A stretch of DNA of 32,000 bases from a bacterium (GTDB lineage Bacteria; UBP7; UBA6624), in assembly GCA_002716355.1 (NCBI GenBank), contig PBAU01000005.1, positions 110,425 to 142,424 of the forward strand. Reading direction: 5' to 3'. The notes below the pieces were generated by a model. That model had not been told where the DNA came from. It saw only the letters and a program-made list of their open reading frames with translations, and made no database searches. Positions 8,768 to 19,079 of the stretch are shown piece after piece. How positions within the stretch are numbered: the stretch's first letter is position 1; each line of letters opens with the position of its first letter. The position numbers and the translations under genes were made by a program.

Positions 8768-9679
8768 CTACCTCCCAAAAATTGCCCTTATGAAAAATGC
8801 TAGATTAGCAGGCCTTTCAGCAAGCCTGCGCATGAAGTAAGGATACCAACTTTTTCCAAAAGGGATATAAATTCTTAAATTCCAGCCATTTTCTATAATT
8901 TTCCTCTGTAATGGTGTGTTGACACCATAAAGCATCTGAAATTCAAATTTATTTTTAGATATATTATTCTTTTTAACGATACTTAAGACTTCATCAACTA
9001 TAAAAGGATCATGTGTGGCAAACTCAGGATAACCCCCTGAATCTAAACCTTTTCCTAAAAATAATCTAGCAAGACCAATGTAAGAATTATTTATATCATC
9101 CTTGCTCTGAAAGGCAAACTCGGGAGGTTCGTTATATGCTCCTTTGCAAATTCTTGCTCTTACTCCATTGCCCAAAAGATTATTTAAATCATTATTGGTT
9201 CTTTTAAGGTAAGCCTGTAGGCAAATACCTAAATTTAAATCCTGTTTGACTGAATTAAAAACAGACAAAGTATCATCTATTGTTTTGCTATCCTCCATAT
9301 CAACTGTGATTTTGACTTTTTTATCAAGGCCTTTTTTGTAAACCTTCATTAAATTTTTTTCAAATAAATCTTTGCTTACAGACAAACCTAGCTGTGTTGG
9401 CTTCAATCCAACCCAAAGATCCTCTTCATTCTCACAAGCCTGAATCATTGAAATTATTTCGGATAGAGCTATTTTTGTTTTCTCTTCATCCCCGCTTTCT
9501 CCAAGCAAATCCAATATTGCATCAAAGCCGGCCACTCTCAAATTTTTAGCGGCTTGAATCCCTTGTTCAAGCGTGTCTCCAGCTATAAATCTCTTGATAA
9601 CCTTTTTTGTTGGAACAAACCCTCTGAAAAAAGATTCCGCTGATTTTGACTCTGATAAATAAATTAAAAAATTTCTCAA
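8768..9679 (-). CDS. Proline dehydrogenase (monofunctional PutA-like)
   Basis: Contains LKPTQLGL, EFATHDP, FQMLYGV and the C-terminal IPFGKSWYPYFMRRLAERPANLAFF. Confidence 0.8.
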   Translation of the reverse strand: MRNFLIYLSESKSAESFFRGFVPTKKVIKRFIAGDTLEQGIQAAKNLRVAGFDAILDLLGESGDEEKTKIALSEIISMIQACENEEDLWVGLKPTQLGLSVSKDLFEKNLMKVYKKGLDKKVKITVDMEDSKTIDDTLSVFNSVKQDLNLGICLQAYLKRTNNDLNNLLGNGVRARICKGAYNEPPEFAFQSKDDINNSYIGLARLFLGKGLDSGGYPEFATHDPFIVDEVLSIVKKNNISKNKFEFQMLYGVNTPLQRKIIENGWNLRIYIPFGKSWYPYFMRRLAERPANLAFFIRAIFGR

Positions 9680-9682
9680 AAA

Positions 9683-10402
9683 TTAATCCTCCCAACCAAA
9701 AGCAACTTCATAAATTGTTTCGACGGGAAGGTTTCTTGCTTCATCCCTAATCGTGACAGCAAACATTTTCCAATTTTTACTATCATTAGTTTTAATCCAA
9801 AAAGACCAATCCAGGGCACTTTCTCTAGGCCCTTGCAAAGACGTTTTTGAAAAATGTTCCAGCCTTAAACCGTAATCATACTTATAACTCCAAACAGTTT
9901 CCGATCCAAGATGCCAAACATTCTTGATTTCTGGATTGTCAACATGGGTTTCATACGAAAAACCCAAACCCCAATAAAAAGGATTGGCAAACAAAAAATC
10001 ATCAGAAAAACCCCCAGTCCTTGAGGAGAGGCCCCATGACATGGAGTCGTCTTCAGCTATAGGAATCCCAATCTTTAAAGACCAATCAGGAGAGCCTATT
10101 TTATTTTTTTTTTCATATCCAGATCTGTAAAAAAAATTCAATGGCCCTTCTTGAGTATCCCAGCCATCAATTGAATCAACACCTCTCATCCCAAGCAAAA
10201 ACCCCCAAGAGGCATTGCCGTCAAGATGATAGTGGGAATTCAAATAAATCATTGATTCAGAGCCTGATTGACCTTTGGGTTCAGAATGCATCAAAGATAC
10301 CTTTCCTTGGTTCTCTTCTGGGTTAGAGGGAATCCAATGTGAACCTTTTGCGCTTGGCAATCCTGAGATCAAAACGAACAACAAGCCAACTAAATTAAAC
10401 AT
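9683..10402 (-). CDS. Hypothetical secreted or outer-membrane protein (Trp/Gly/aromatic-rich)
   Basis: Has the signal peptide MFNLVGLLFVLISGLPSAKG. Alternating aromatic and polar stretches are compatible with a beta-rich envelope protein. I recognise no family. Confidence 0.5.
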   Translation of the reverse strand: MFNLVGLLFVLISGLPSAKGSHWIPSNPEENQGKVSLMHSEPKGQSGSESMIYLNSHYHLDGNASWGFLLGMRGVDSIDGWDTQEGPLNFFYRSGYEKKNKIGSPDWSLKIGIPIAEDDSMSWGLSSRTGGFSDDFLFANPFYWGLGFSYETHVDNPEIKNVWHLGSETVWSYKYDYGLRLEHFSKTSLQGPRESALDWSFWIKTNDSKNWKMFAVTIRDEARNLPVETIYEVAFGWED

Positions 10403-10414
10403 AGTCTAATTCTA

Positions 10415-10501
10415 CGGTGGGAGAGGGATTCGAACCCCCGAGGCATCAAAATGCCCACACGCTTTCGAGGCGTGCGCTTTAGTCCACTCAGCCATCCCAC
10501 C
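10415..10501 (-). tRNA. tRNA-Ser (anticodon CGA)
   Basis: I folded the reverse complement by hand. It has acceptor GGTGGGA/TCCCACC with discriminator G, a 3-bp D stem GCT/AGC, and anticodon stem CACGC/GCGTG with loop CTCGAAA. It also has a long variable arm GGCAT-TTTG-ATGCC and a T arm GGGGG-TTCGAAT-CCCTC. CCA is not encoded. Confidence 0.85.
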
Positions 10502-10565
10502 ATATTTTTAAATTCTAGATTTTTTTTTAGATAAGGTTTATATCTGATTAATTACAATAACATAT

Positions 10566-11810
10566 ATGCCAAAATACCAAAAACCAAAAGGTACTAGAGA
10601 TCTTGATGAAAACACAACGTTCAAATTCGAAGTAATTAGAAGTTTGTTTTTGGCAATATCTAGATTTTTAGGCTACAGTCATGTTGAAATCCCAATATTT
10701 GAAAAAACAAACCTATTTGAACGATCCACAGGTGAATCAAGTGAGATTGTCACTAAACAAATGTACAAATTCCAAGACAAGAAAAATAGAGAATTTGCTC
10801 TTCGGCCTGAAGGAACCCCTGGCCTAATAAGAGCCGCAATAGAAAACAATTGGCTTAACAGTCACAATGGTGATAAATTTTCTTATTTTGGACCTTTCTT
10901 CAGGTATGAAAGGCCTCAAAAAGGCAGGTATAGACAATTTTTTCAATTAGGTGCTGAATCAATTGGATCAAATAACGTTGAATCAGATGCTGAATCAATA
11001 TATTTGCTTTCATTCCTTTTAAAGGAACTTGAAATCAAACATGTAATCAAGCTCAACTCACTAGGCGAACAAGAAGAGAGGCTGCGTTATATTGAATCTT
11101 TACAACAATGGCTAACAAACAATAAAACAAAAATCGCAAAAGAAGACTGCATCAATATAGAAAAAAACCCTTTGAGGATATTGGATAGCAAAAAACCCGC
11201 AACCGTGAAAGGCATCAAGGAAGCGCCGAAAATCCATGAATTCTGGACTAAGGAAACATCCGATAGGTTCAAAAAATTAACGAACCTGCTTGAAGCTGCA
11301 AATGTCAACTATCAAGTTGATGAATTTTTAGTAAGGGGTCTTGATTATTACACTTCAACAGTATTTGAAGCCTCAGGCCATGATGGTGCTCAAGATGCGT
11401 ATGGGGGCGGAGGAAGATACAATAATTTAATTTCTGAACTAGGCGGCAAGAACATCCCTGCAATTGGTTTTGCTTGTGGTGTTGACAGGATTGCATCTGC
11501 GTTAAAAATTGACCAAATAAAACCTTTTTGTATCTTTATTCCACTTGGTGAGAAATGTCGTGAAAAAGCTTTTGGCATCATTTCAAAAATGTGGTCTAAC
11601 AGCGTTTCAGTAAAACCATATTGGAATGAATCCAATTTAGGCAAGGCTCTAAAGAGGGCAAATTCTATTGGGTCAAAGTATGTAATAGTTTTTGGAGAAA
11701 AAGAAATGCAAAACAATACACTGCTTATTAAGAACATGAAAAATGGTGACCAAAAAGAGATACCGATAAACATGTCAAGCATAATGTCAGCATTAGGATT
11801 GGATGAATGA
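10566..11810 (+). CDS. hisS: Histidine--tRNA ligase
   Basis: Contains [10 protein letters not shown], the class II motifs [14 protein letters not shown] and [20 protein letters not shown], and GGGRYNNL. Confidence 0.9.
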   Translation: MPKYQKPKGTRDLDENTTFKFEVIRSLFLAISRFLGYSHVEIPIFEKTNLFERSTGESSEIVTKQMYKFQDKKNREFALRPEGTPGLIRAAIENNWLNSHNGDKFSYFGPFFRYERPQKGRYRQFFQLGAESIGSNNVESDAESIYLLSFLLKELEIKHVIKLNSLGEQEERLRYIESLQQWLTNNKTKIAKEDCINIEKNPLRILDSKKPATVKGIKEAPKIHEFWTKETSDRFKKLTNLLEAANVNYQVDEFLVRGLDYYTSTVFEASGHDGAQDAYGGGGRYNNLISELGGKNIPAIGFACGVDRIASALKIDQIKPFCIFIPLGEKCREKAFGIISKMWSNSVSVKPYWNESNLGKALKRANSIGSKYVIVFGEKEMQNNTLLIKNMKNGDQKEIPINMSSIMSALGLDE

Positions 11811-13522
11811 AAAAAACATATATATCTGAACTCAATCTTGCTAATGTCAACGAAACAGTAATGCTAAAAGGTTGGGTGCATGCAGTAAGAGATTTTGGTG
11901 GAAAAACCTTTTTTGACCTTAGGGATTCAACTGGATTAATGCAAATTGTTATGGATTCGGAAATAATCAAACTTAAAAAAGAATGGGTAGTTGAAATCAT
12001 AGGAAAAGTTTCAAAAAGATTGCAGGTAAATGAAAAAATTAAATCTGGAAATATTGAGATAATTGAAAGCAAGATAACAATACTTAATGAAGCTGAAACA
12101 CCTCCTATATATGTTGATAAAGACGATGATGAACCCGATGAAATTAGATATAGATACAGGTATCTTGACCTTAGGAGGCCTCACAGAAACAAGATACTGA
12201 AAATTAGACATAAGGTGATTCAAGCAATTCGAGAAATCTTAAATTGCGAAGGTTTTACAGAAGTTGAAACACCTCTTTTAACAAGATCTACACCTGAGGG
12301 TGCAAGAGATTTCATTGTGCCTAGTAGATTACATAAAAAAAATTGGTATGCATTGCCTCAGAGCCCACAATTATTCAAACAAATACTAATGGGTAGTGGA
12401 ATCGATAAATATTATCAAATTGCAAAATGCTTCAGAGATGAAGATCTTAGGGGCAATCGTCAACCTGAATTCACACAATTAGATTTTGAGATGGCTTTTA
12501 CTGATGAGGATGAAATATTTTCTATAAGCGAAAAGGTGTTTGAAAATATCTTTGAAAAAGCACAAGGTGAAAAAATCACAACTCCTTTTTTAAGAATGAC
12601 GTATGAAGAAGCAATAAAAAATTATGGTATAGATAAACCAGATACGAGATATGAAGCTCCAATAAAAAATATTTCAGACACTCTCGTAAAAAATGGTATC
12701 AATTTTATTGACAGCACAGTTGATGCTGGCGGTGAAATTCTTGGGATATGTATTGAAAATTTCTTCCCATCCAGGAAAGAAATCTCAAATCTAGAAAAAA
12801 TTGCACAAAAATTCAATATACCGGGATTGGCATTTGCAACCAAAAAAGATGGGGTCTGGAATGGTGGAATAACCAAGATGACTAACGATGAAACATTGAA
12901 TGGAAACATTTCAGTATTTGGAAAAAAAGACAATTGCACTTTATTGATTATCGCTGATTCAAGCAAGGAAAATCTTTATGGCTACCATGCTTTCGGAGCA
13001 ATTCACAGACATTTAAGGGATTCTGGAATGCTTATCAAAAACAGTGATGGATATGCTTTTTGCTGGGTTACAGATTTTCCTTTATTTGAAAAAACTGATG
13101 CTGGTATTGCTGCAGCTCATCACCCATTCACGCTACCCTTTAGTGAACATATCGAAAGAATTGATAATGAACCCTTGAAGGTTCTTTCACACGCTTATGA
13201 CCTTGTGATGAATGGAGAAGAGATTGCAAGTGGTTCAATAAGATGCCACGATAGAGACTTGCAGCTAAAAATCCTGCAGTCTATAGGTTATTCACAATCT
13301 GAAATTGAAGAAAGGTTTGATTTCTTCTTGGAAATGATGAAATACGGCTTGCCGCCTCATGGAGGACTGGCTCCCGGGATAGATAGGATTGTGATGATTC
13401 TTGCTGGATCATCCAGCATAAGAGATGTTATTGCTTTTCCGAAATCAACAGGGGGAACATGTTTTCTAACTGGAGCACCAGGAAAAGCTGACCCACAAAG
13501 TTTACAGGATCTTGAAATTTGA
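11807..13522 (+). CDS. aspS: Aspartate--tRNA ligase (bacterial type)
   Basis: Has an N-terminal OB fold ([26 protein letters not shown]). Also contains [39 protein letters not shown] and [14 protein letters not shown]. The start overlaps the hisS stop (ATGA). Confidence 0.9.
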   Translation: MKKTYISELNLANVNETVMLKGWVHAVRDFGGKTFFDLRDSTGLMQIVMDSEIIKLKKEWVVEIIGKVSKRLQVNEKIKSGNIEIIESKITILNEAETPPIYVDKDDDEPDEIRYRYRYLDLRRPHRNKILKIRHKVIQAIREILNCEGFTEVETPLLTRSTPEGARDFIVPSRLHKKNWYALPQSPQLFKQILMGSGIDKYYQIAKCFRDEDLRGNRQPEFTQLDFEMAFTDEDEIFSISEKVFENIFEKAQGEKITTPFLRMTYEEAIKNYGIDKPDTRYEAPIKNISDTLVKNGINFIDSTVDAGGEILGICIENFFPSRKEISNLEKIAQKFNIPGLAFATKKDGVWNGGITKMTNDETLNGNISVFGKKDNCTLLIIADSSKENLYGYHAFGAIHRHLRDSGMLIKNSDGYAFCWVTDFPLFEKTDAGIAAAHHPFTLPFSEHIERIDNEPLKVLSHAYDLVMNGEEIASGSIRCHDRDLQLKILQSIGYSQSEIEERFDFFLEMMKYGLPPHGGLAPGIDRIVMILAGSSSIRDVIAFPKSTGGTCFLTGAPGKADPQSLQDLEI

Positions 13523-14472
13523 TGAGCACTATTCCATTTTTTGATTTTCACTGTGACTCGTTGACTAAAGGTGGGTATAAAAAATTAATAAAAAACGATA
13601 CTATGCACTGGTCTTTGCCTAGATTCATTCAAGGTGGAGGTCAATTGCAAGTTCATGCAATATTCACACCTCCAGAATACAAAAAAGGTGACGCAACGAT
13701 GTTTGCAATGAAGTACGCATCTGAATGGCAAAAATTTCTAGAAGAAACCAATACCACTGGAGTGAGAAGCAAAGAAGATCTTGATGAAGAAGGTCCTTTT
13801 TCTATTCTCTCTCTAGAGGATGCCTCTCCTCTTGCTGGAAATATTGAAGCATTAAACATGTTTTTTGATCTAGGTGTTCGCTTAATAACTCTTGTTTGGT
13901 CATGTGATAATGAAGTTGGCAGAGGGGTCATACATGGCCAAGGCCCGGCAATAACAAAATTTGGAAAAAATTTAATCAGAAAAATGAATGAAAAGAATGT
14001 GATTGTTGACTTGTCCCATGCAAGTGATGAACTTTTCTGGGAAGCTGTAAAGACATCAAGCAAACCAGTTGTAGCAAGCCATAGCAACTCTAGAAAATTT
14101 CGAAACCATCCTAGGAATTTAACTGATGACCAAATTAAAGAAATATCAAATTGTGATGGAATAATCGGATTAGTCTATGTGCCAAACTTTGTAGGAGACC
14201 CGCCAAAAGGGACTCAGGATGAATGGGATTTTGAATTAAAGGGTGGAGCTGAAATGCTAGCTAAACATGCTGCGCATATAGCTGAAATCTCAAAAGTTGA
14301 AACTGTTGTCTTAGGGAGTGATTTTGATGGAACTAATTCACCTGTTATTGCAGAGGTTTCAAAAACTCAAATAATGGCTGAAGAATTAAAAAAGGTTGGT
14401 TTTTCTGATAATGATATAGAAAAAATATTCTATAAAAATGCGAAAAAATTTCTTTTGAAAAACCTTCCCTAA
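13519..14472 (+). CDS. Membrane dipeptidase family protein (peptidase M19)
   Basis: Contains [38 protein letters not shown] and LGSDFDG. The start overlaps the aspS stop (ATGA). Confidence 0.8.
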   Translation: MMSTIPFFDFHCDSLTKGGYKKLIKNDTMHWSLPRFIQGGGQLQVHAIFTPPEYKKGDATMFAMKYASEWQKFLEETNTTGVRSKEDLDEEGPFSILSLEDASPLAGNIEALNMFFDLGVRLITLVWSCDNEVGRGVIHGQGPAITKFGKNLIRKMNEKNVIVDLSHASDELFWEAVKTSSKPVVASHSNSRKFRNHPRNLTDDQIKEISNCDGIIGLVYVPNFVGDPPKGTQDEWDFELKGGAEMLAKHAAHIAEISKVETVVLGSDFDGTNSPVIAEVSKTQIMAEELKKVGFSDNDIEKIFYKNAKKFLLKNLP

Positions 14473-14787
14473 TCAGCCGCAACGATTACGTATTCCATAA
14501 CCACCTTTAGGGTAAACCCATAATATATGGTCTGGACATAATATCTGGCATGTTCCACATTCGATACAATTTTCAAAATCTATATCTAAACTTCCACTTT
14601 CTTGGTTTTTTGTATAAACCTTTGCGGGGCAGGTCCACTGCAACGGATTAAGAACCTCCCAGTCTTTTGGATCGCCAATACATGTAATATGTGTTTCATG
14701 ATTGTGATCATAGTTAATGGTGAATAATTTATCCTCTATGGAAACAGTTTCATTTACTGAATTTTTCTTATCGGGTGAATCTTTCAT
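14473..14787 (-). CDS. fixX: FixX-type ferredoxin-like protein
   Basis: Contains CPAKVY...CIECGTCQILCP...WVYPKGGYGIRNRCG, typical of FixX/YdiT. The start is ATGA-coupled to the fixC stop. Confidence 0.75.
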   Translation of the reverse strand: MKDSPDKKNSVNETVSIEDKLFTINYDHNHETHITCIGDPKDWEVLNPLQWTCPAKVYTKNQESGSLDIDFENCIECGTCQILCPDHILWVYPKGGYGIRNRCG

Positions 14788-16085
14788 TTACCTAAAACCT
14801 TCAATAAATTATATAAATCTTTGACGATTTGTGCAGGGTTTTTCATTTTCAAAACACCTTTAACCATGTTTTTCTTTTTTTTGCCTTTTGGAGTGCCGTC
14901 AACAGTCAGTAAACTTTTTGCTGCATAGCTAATCAACTGAGGATAATCATTCAATATATCCCTTCTTTTTCTGAAAAAAGGGAAAACATCTTCATAAGAT
15001 TTTAAATCCTTCAGGATGAAAGAGTCTTCTAATTTTTTCCTATAAGCATTCAGGAAACCAGATGAAAAATCTTTATTTTTGATTGCTTCTAATGCAACCT
15101 CGCCAGCAAGTCTTCCAGAAACAAAAGCAAAATTACTACCTTCTCTGTGAACAGCATTAACCATCAATGCTGCATCACCAGTCATTAGAAATCCATCAGC
15201 AACTAATGTAGGCAATTTTTTATAGCCACCTTCAGGTATTAAATGACCTGCATATTCGATTGTTTTACCGCCTTTCAAAAAAGGTTTAATTGATTTGTGA
15301 TTTTTGACATGCTCTAACAATTCATATGAAGCAATTTCATTATTTGCAAAATCAGCAACCAATGAGCCAACTCCAATGCTTACAGTTTTCCTATTCGTGT
15401 AAAGAAAAGCGTAACCTAGACAACCTTTTGTGATGTCACCGAAAATTTCGTATGAAGCACCTTCATTTCCGGAAATCTGAAAGCGATCCTCAATCACATC
15501 TTCAGGTAATTCAATTACCTCTTTGACGACTAGCGCAACCTCATCTGGCTTTGGCTTGCTTCCAAAATTTCTTTTCCATGACACAAAAGCATTAACCCCT
15601 TCACCTGAAATAACCAAAGGTGCACGAATTTCTCCATTTGGTCTATCTGTAACCACTCCAACAACCTTGCCATCTTCAACAATCAAATCCAAAACTACAG
15701 TTGCAGGAAGAAACATGGCTCCATGTTTTTTGGCCTCTCCAGCCATCCATTTATCAAATTCACTTCTTAAAACAGTGTAAGCATGTGCTGGGGCTTCAGT
15801 TTTTGCTTTAAATGCATCATCTGAATAACCTAACTTTGTCACCGATTGCTTATCTGAAACCCAATAATTTTGTTCTGTAATTGGTCGTTCAATAGGTGCG
15901 TTTTTCCAAAAATCAGGAACTATCTCCTCTAGCGAGGAAGAGTAAATAATTCCGCCCATAAGATTTTTTTCACCGGGAAATTTACCACGTTCTATCTGAA
16001 GAACCTTGGCTCCCCCTTTTGCAAGTGTGATTGCAGCTGCATTGCCTGCAGCACCAGCTCCAATAATTATGACATCAAAATTCAC
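14784..16085 (-). CDS. fixC: FixC-type FAD-dependent oxidoreductase (ETF:quinone oxidoreductase-like)
   Basis: Contains FDVIIIGAGAAGNAAAITLAKGGAKVLQIERGKFPGEKNLMGG and GFLMTGDAA. The start is GTG. Length is 433 aa. Confidence 0.8.
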   Translation of the reverse strand: MNFDVIIIGAGAAGNAAAITLAKGGAKVLQIERGKFPGEKNLMGGIIYSSSLEEIVPDFWKNAPIERPITEQNYWVSDKQSVTKLGYSDDAFKAKTEAPAHAYTVLRSEFDKWMAGEAKKHGAMFLPATVVLDLIVEDGKVVGVVTDRPNGEIRAPLVISGEGVNAFVSWKRNFGSKPKPDEVALVVKEVIELPEDVIEDRFQISGNEGASYEIFGDITKGCLGYAFLYTNRKTVSIGVGSLVADFANNEIASYELLEHVKNHKSIKPFLKGGKTIEYAGHLIPEGGYKKLPTLVADGFLMTGDAALMVNAVHREGSNFAFVSGRLAGEVALEAIKNKDFSSGFLNAYRKKLEDSFILKDLKSYEDVFPFFRKRRDILNDYPQLISYAAKSLLTVDGTPKGKKKKNMVKGVLKMKNPAQIVKDLYNLLKVLGK

Positions 16086-16102
16086 AAAACTACCTAAAAA
16101 GC

Positions 16103-17524
16103 TTAAAGTTCTTTAAGCTCATTAGTCAACTCGATGATCATCTGCTTGCCGTCTCCAAAAAGCATTAACGTGTTATCTTTTCCAAATAATTCGTTTTCAA
16201 TACCAGCATAACCAACACCTCTTCCTCTCTTGTTAACTATAACAGTCTTAGATTTCCATACTTCAAGAACAGGCATGCCAGCAATTGGACTATTTGGATC
16301 TGTTTGAGCACCTGGGTTAACAACATCATTAGCACCTATAACCAAAACAACATCTGTTTCTGGGAATTGTGGATTGATATCATCCATTTCAATCAATTTC
16401 TCATAAGGAACATTTGCTTCTGCCAATAAAACATTCATATGCCCTGGCATCCTTCCTGCAACAGGATGAATAGCGAACTGCACATTAACACCTTTCTTTT
16501 CAAGCTCTTCCATTAACTCTCTAACATTATGCTGAGCTTGTGCAACAGCCATACCGTAACCGGGAACTATAACAACCTTTTCAGCAGCTTCGAAAATCAT
16601 AGCTGATTCTTCAGAACCTACAGGCTTGTATTGAATTTGCTCACCACCTGCAGATGCAGTTCCTCCTTCTTGCCCAAAGCCTCCAAGCATAACTGAAAAG
16701 AGGCTTCTGTTCATAGCAACACACATAATATTGGTCAAGATAAGCCCTGAAGCGCCAACAAGTGCACCACTGACAATTAAAATTGTTCCACCAATATTTC
16801 CATCCATTAAAAGAATGAATCCTGCAGCTGAAGCAGCCATTCCCGAATAAGAGTTTAGCAAAGCAATAACGACAGGCATATCAGCTCCGCCTATAGGTAT
16901 TGTTATGGCTATCCCTAGTATTAATGTAAGACCAATAAAAATGTAAAGATTGGTGGAGTCAACAGGATAAGAACCTGAAGAGGTCATAATGATGAAACCA
17001 AGAATCAATACAAAGATAACGGCATTCAAGAAATGCTGGCCTTTAAATACTATAGGGCTGCCATTCATCCTCCCATCTAACTTTGCAAATGCTATATAAC
17101 TTCCAGTTAAGGTAACTGCTCCTATCAAAATCGTTATAAAAACAACAATCATGCTTCCAGAACCACCTAAATCAACAATAGCGCTTGCTGGATTTGAAAA
17201 ATTTTGGAAAAAATAACTAACAGCAACTAAAGCAGAAGCCAAACCACCAAAACCATTAAATAAAGCTACCAATTGAGGCATTCCTGTCATTGCCACTGTC
17301 CTGGAAGCATAAATACCTATAGCGGCACCAACAAATGCAAAGCCAATCACCTGATCCCAAGTGACAATATCCATATTTACGACAGTTAAAACAACTGCAA
17401 AAAACATACCCCATGCCGCTAAGGTGTTACCTTGCTTTGCAGTTTTTACTCTTCCGAGCTTTTTAATACCCATTACAAAAAATGTAATTGCAATCAGGTA
17501 ACCAAAATTAATTATGTTATCCAT
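16103..17524 (-). CDS. pntB: NAD(P) transhydrogenase subunit beta
   Basis: Has a polytopic N-terminal half and the dIII NADP(H) domain: VIVPGYGMAVAQAQH, IHPVAGRMPGHMNVLLAEANVPY and VIGANDVVNP. Confidence 0.9.
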   Translation of the reverse strand: MDNIINFGYLIAITFFVMGIKKLGRVKTAKQGNTLAAWGMFFAVVLTVVNMDIVTWDQVIGFAFVGAAIGIYASRTVAMTGMPQLVALFNGFGGLASALVAVSYFFQNFSNPASAIVDLGGSGSMIVVFITILIGAVTLTGSYIAFAKLDGRMNGSPIVFKGQHFLNAVIFVLILGFIIMTSSGSYPVDSTNLYIFIGLTLILGIAITIPIGGADMPVVIALLNSYSGMAASAAGFILLMDGNIGGTILIVSGALVGASGLILTNIMCVAMNRSLFSVMLGGFGQEGGTASAGGEQIQYKPVGSEESAMIFEAAEKVVIVPGYGMAVAQAQHNVRELMEELEKKGVNVQFAIHPVAGRMPGHMNVLLAEANVPYEKLIEMDDINPQFPETDVVLVIGANDVVNPGAQTDPNSPIAGMPVLEVWKSKTVIVNKRGRGVGYAGIENELFGKDNTLMLFGDGKQMIIELTNELKEL

Positions 17525-17916
17525 TATTTGCCCTTCCTGTTGAACATTTGTAACATTCTGTCAGTAACCATAAAACCACCGACAACATTAATAGTGGCTA
17601 ACATAACTGCTGACAAAGCTAACCATTTTGCTAAATCAGAACCTGGAGGAAGCACCATCGCAAGAAGGGCGCCAACGATTGAAATCCCTGATATTGCATT
17701 TGAACCTGACATAAGAGGAGTATGTAATGTTGGAGGGACCTTGGTGATTAACTCAAAACCAATAAATGAACCAAGAACCAATAAATAAAATCCCAACATC
17801 ATTGGATTGAGAAGCATAGTATCCCCAGTACTAGCTGCAACTTCATGTACATGAGATGCAGTTTCACTAATTTCATCTGGGTAAGGAGCCCTTGGGTGTA
17901 AAAATAAATTAATCAT
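17524..17916 (-). CDS. pntAB: NAD(P) transhydrogenase subunit alpha part 2 (membrane part)
   Basis: Contains FIGFELITKVPPTLHTPLMSGSNAISGISIVGAL. It is coupled to pntAA (ATGA at 17913-17916) and to pntB (TAATG at 17522-17526). Confidence 0.8.
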   Translation of the reverse strand: MINLFLHPRAPYPDEISETASHVHEVAASTGDTMLLNPMMLGFYLLVLGSFIGFELITKVPPTLHTPLMSGSNAISGISIVGALLAMVLPPGSDLAKWLALSAVMLATINVVGGFMVTDRMLQMFNRKGK

Positions 17917-19052
17917 TTGCCTTCCTCCATAGCATTCTTGATCCTCTCTTCAACAATATTACCATCAGCAGAAACCATCATTGGCCCCACGATTTCATCT
18001 TTCGAATCAACCTTAATGCTTTTTTCATCTTTATCCATCATATGTGTAATTAAATTCAAAATATTCTTTGCATAAACAGTGCTGGAATGTAAAGGTACCA
18101 ATGCAGGGATATTTTCTGGACCAAGTATCGAAACGCCTTTATGGCTTACAGTTGAACCAGGTTTGGTTAATTCACAATTTCCACCATTTGCAGCAGCCAT
18201 ATCAACTATAACTGAACCGGGTTTCATTTTTTCAACCATGTCTTTTGTGATAAGAACAGGGGCTTTTTTCCCAGGGACCAAAGCAGTACTTATAACACAA
18301 TTAGAAACAGATATCCTTTCGGTAAGAACCTCTCTTTGTTTTGCCAAAAACTCTTTGGAAACCTGTTTAGCATATCCCCCTTCTGCAGAATTGTCTTCTT
18401 CTGAATCAACCTCTATGAATTTTCCACCTAGAGATTCAACTTCTTCTTTTGTTTCGGGCCTTATGTCAGAAACCTCAACCCTTGCCCCTAACCTTCTTGC
18501 AGTTGCTATGGCTTGTAAGCCAGCAACACCAGCACCTAAAATCACAACTCTTGCTGGAGATAATGTGCCAGCTGCTGTTGTCATCATCGGAAAAATTTGT
18601 CCCAAGTGATCAGCTCCAAGCAAAACAGCCTTGTATCCTGCAATGTTGCTTTGACTAGATAGGCTATCCATAGATTGAGCTCTAGATATTCTCGGTAAAA
18701 ACTCCATCGCTAATGCAGTGATGTTTTTAACAGCTAGAGACTTCATGCTTTTTAAGTTTAAAAAAGGATCTATTGAACCAATTAAAACTGCAGAATCTTT
18801 TAAGAGTTTGATTTCAGATTCATCAGGGCAAGAAACCTTGCATACGCAATCTGCACCAAAAGCTTTTTTTCTATCAACAATCTTTGCACCTACATTTTTA
18901 AAATCAGCATCACTAATCAAGCTTAGCGAACCTGCATCCGATTCAACTAACACATCAAAACCCATAGCAATGAATTTTTTAACTGTATCTGGTGTTGCTG
19001 AAACTCTTGTTTCTCCCTTTTTTGATTCTTTGACGATACCTATAGTAAACAT
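17913..19052 (-). CDS. pntAA: NAD(P) transhydrogenase subunit alpha part 1 (dI, NAD(H)-binding)
   Basis: Contains ETRVSATPDTVKKF, SRAQSMDSLSSQSNIAGYKAV and VVILGAGVAGLQAIATARRLGARVEVSD. An AGGAG Shine-Dalgarno sits 6 nt upstream of the ATG. Confidence 0.9.
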   Translation of the reverse strand: MFTIGIVKESKKGETRVSATPDTVKKFIAMGFDVLVESDAGSLSLISDADFKNVGAKIVDRKKAFGADCVCKVSCPDESEIKLLKDSAVLIGSIDPFLNLKSMKSLAVKNITALAMEFLPRISRAQSMDSLSSQSNIAGYKAVLLGADHLGQIFPMMTTAAGTLSPARVVILGAGVAGLQAIATARRLGARVEVSDIRPETKEEVESLGGKFIEVDSEEDNSAEGGYAKQVSKEFLAKQREVLTERISVSNCVISTALVPGKKAPVLITKDMVEKMKPGSVIVDMAAANGGNCELTKPGSTVSHKGVSILGPENIPALVPLHSSTVYAKNILNLITHMMDKDEKSIKVDSKDEIVGPMMVSADGNIVEERIKNAMEEGK

Positions 19053-19079
19053 GTAAAACTCCTCTTTTGACTTAAAAGG

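Noticed and set aside
10104-10113. An A10/T10 homopolymer inside CDS 9683-10402, and A9/T9 runs near 7471, 10521, 27309 and 27525, as phase-variation switches.
   Set aside because: In an AT-rich, Lys-rich proteome such runs arise from AAA/AAG codons (here EKKNK). There is no associated contingency-locus context.
10415-10501. tRNA-Ser as a possible integration site or genomic-island border.
   Set aside because: No integrase, recombinase or phage-like gene is on either side, and I noticed no direct repeat of the tRNA 3' end. The flanking genes are housekeeping and have the same compositional look.
17818-17916. The roughly 30-residue N-terminal extension of PntAB (MINLFLHPRAPYPDEISETASHVHEVAASTGDT) as a possible novel domain.
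   Set aside because: Alpha-part-2 subunits vary in length between organisms, from roughly 100 to 140 aa to my knowledge. The ATGA coupling to pntAA supports this start, so nothing is unusual enough to claim.
18079-18609. A 176-aa ORF antisense to pntAA, and similar long antisense ORFs at 13653-14087, 11390-11782, 11728-12072, 12622-12966 and 8311-8577.
   Set aside because: Each lies entirely opposite a strongly recognisable conserved gene. Their translations are low-complexity (S/T/P/F-rich) with no motifs, and there are no independent start signals. They are typical shadow ORFs.
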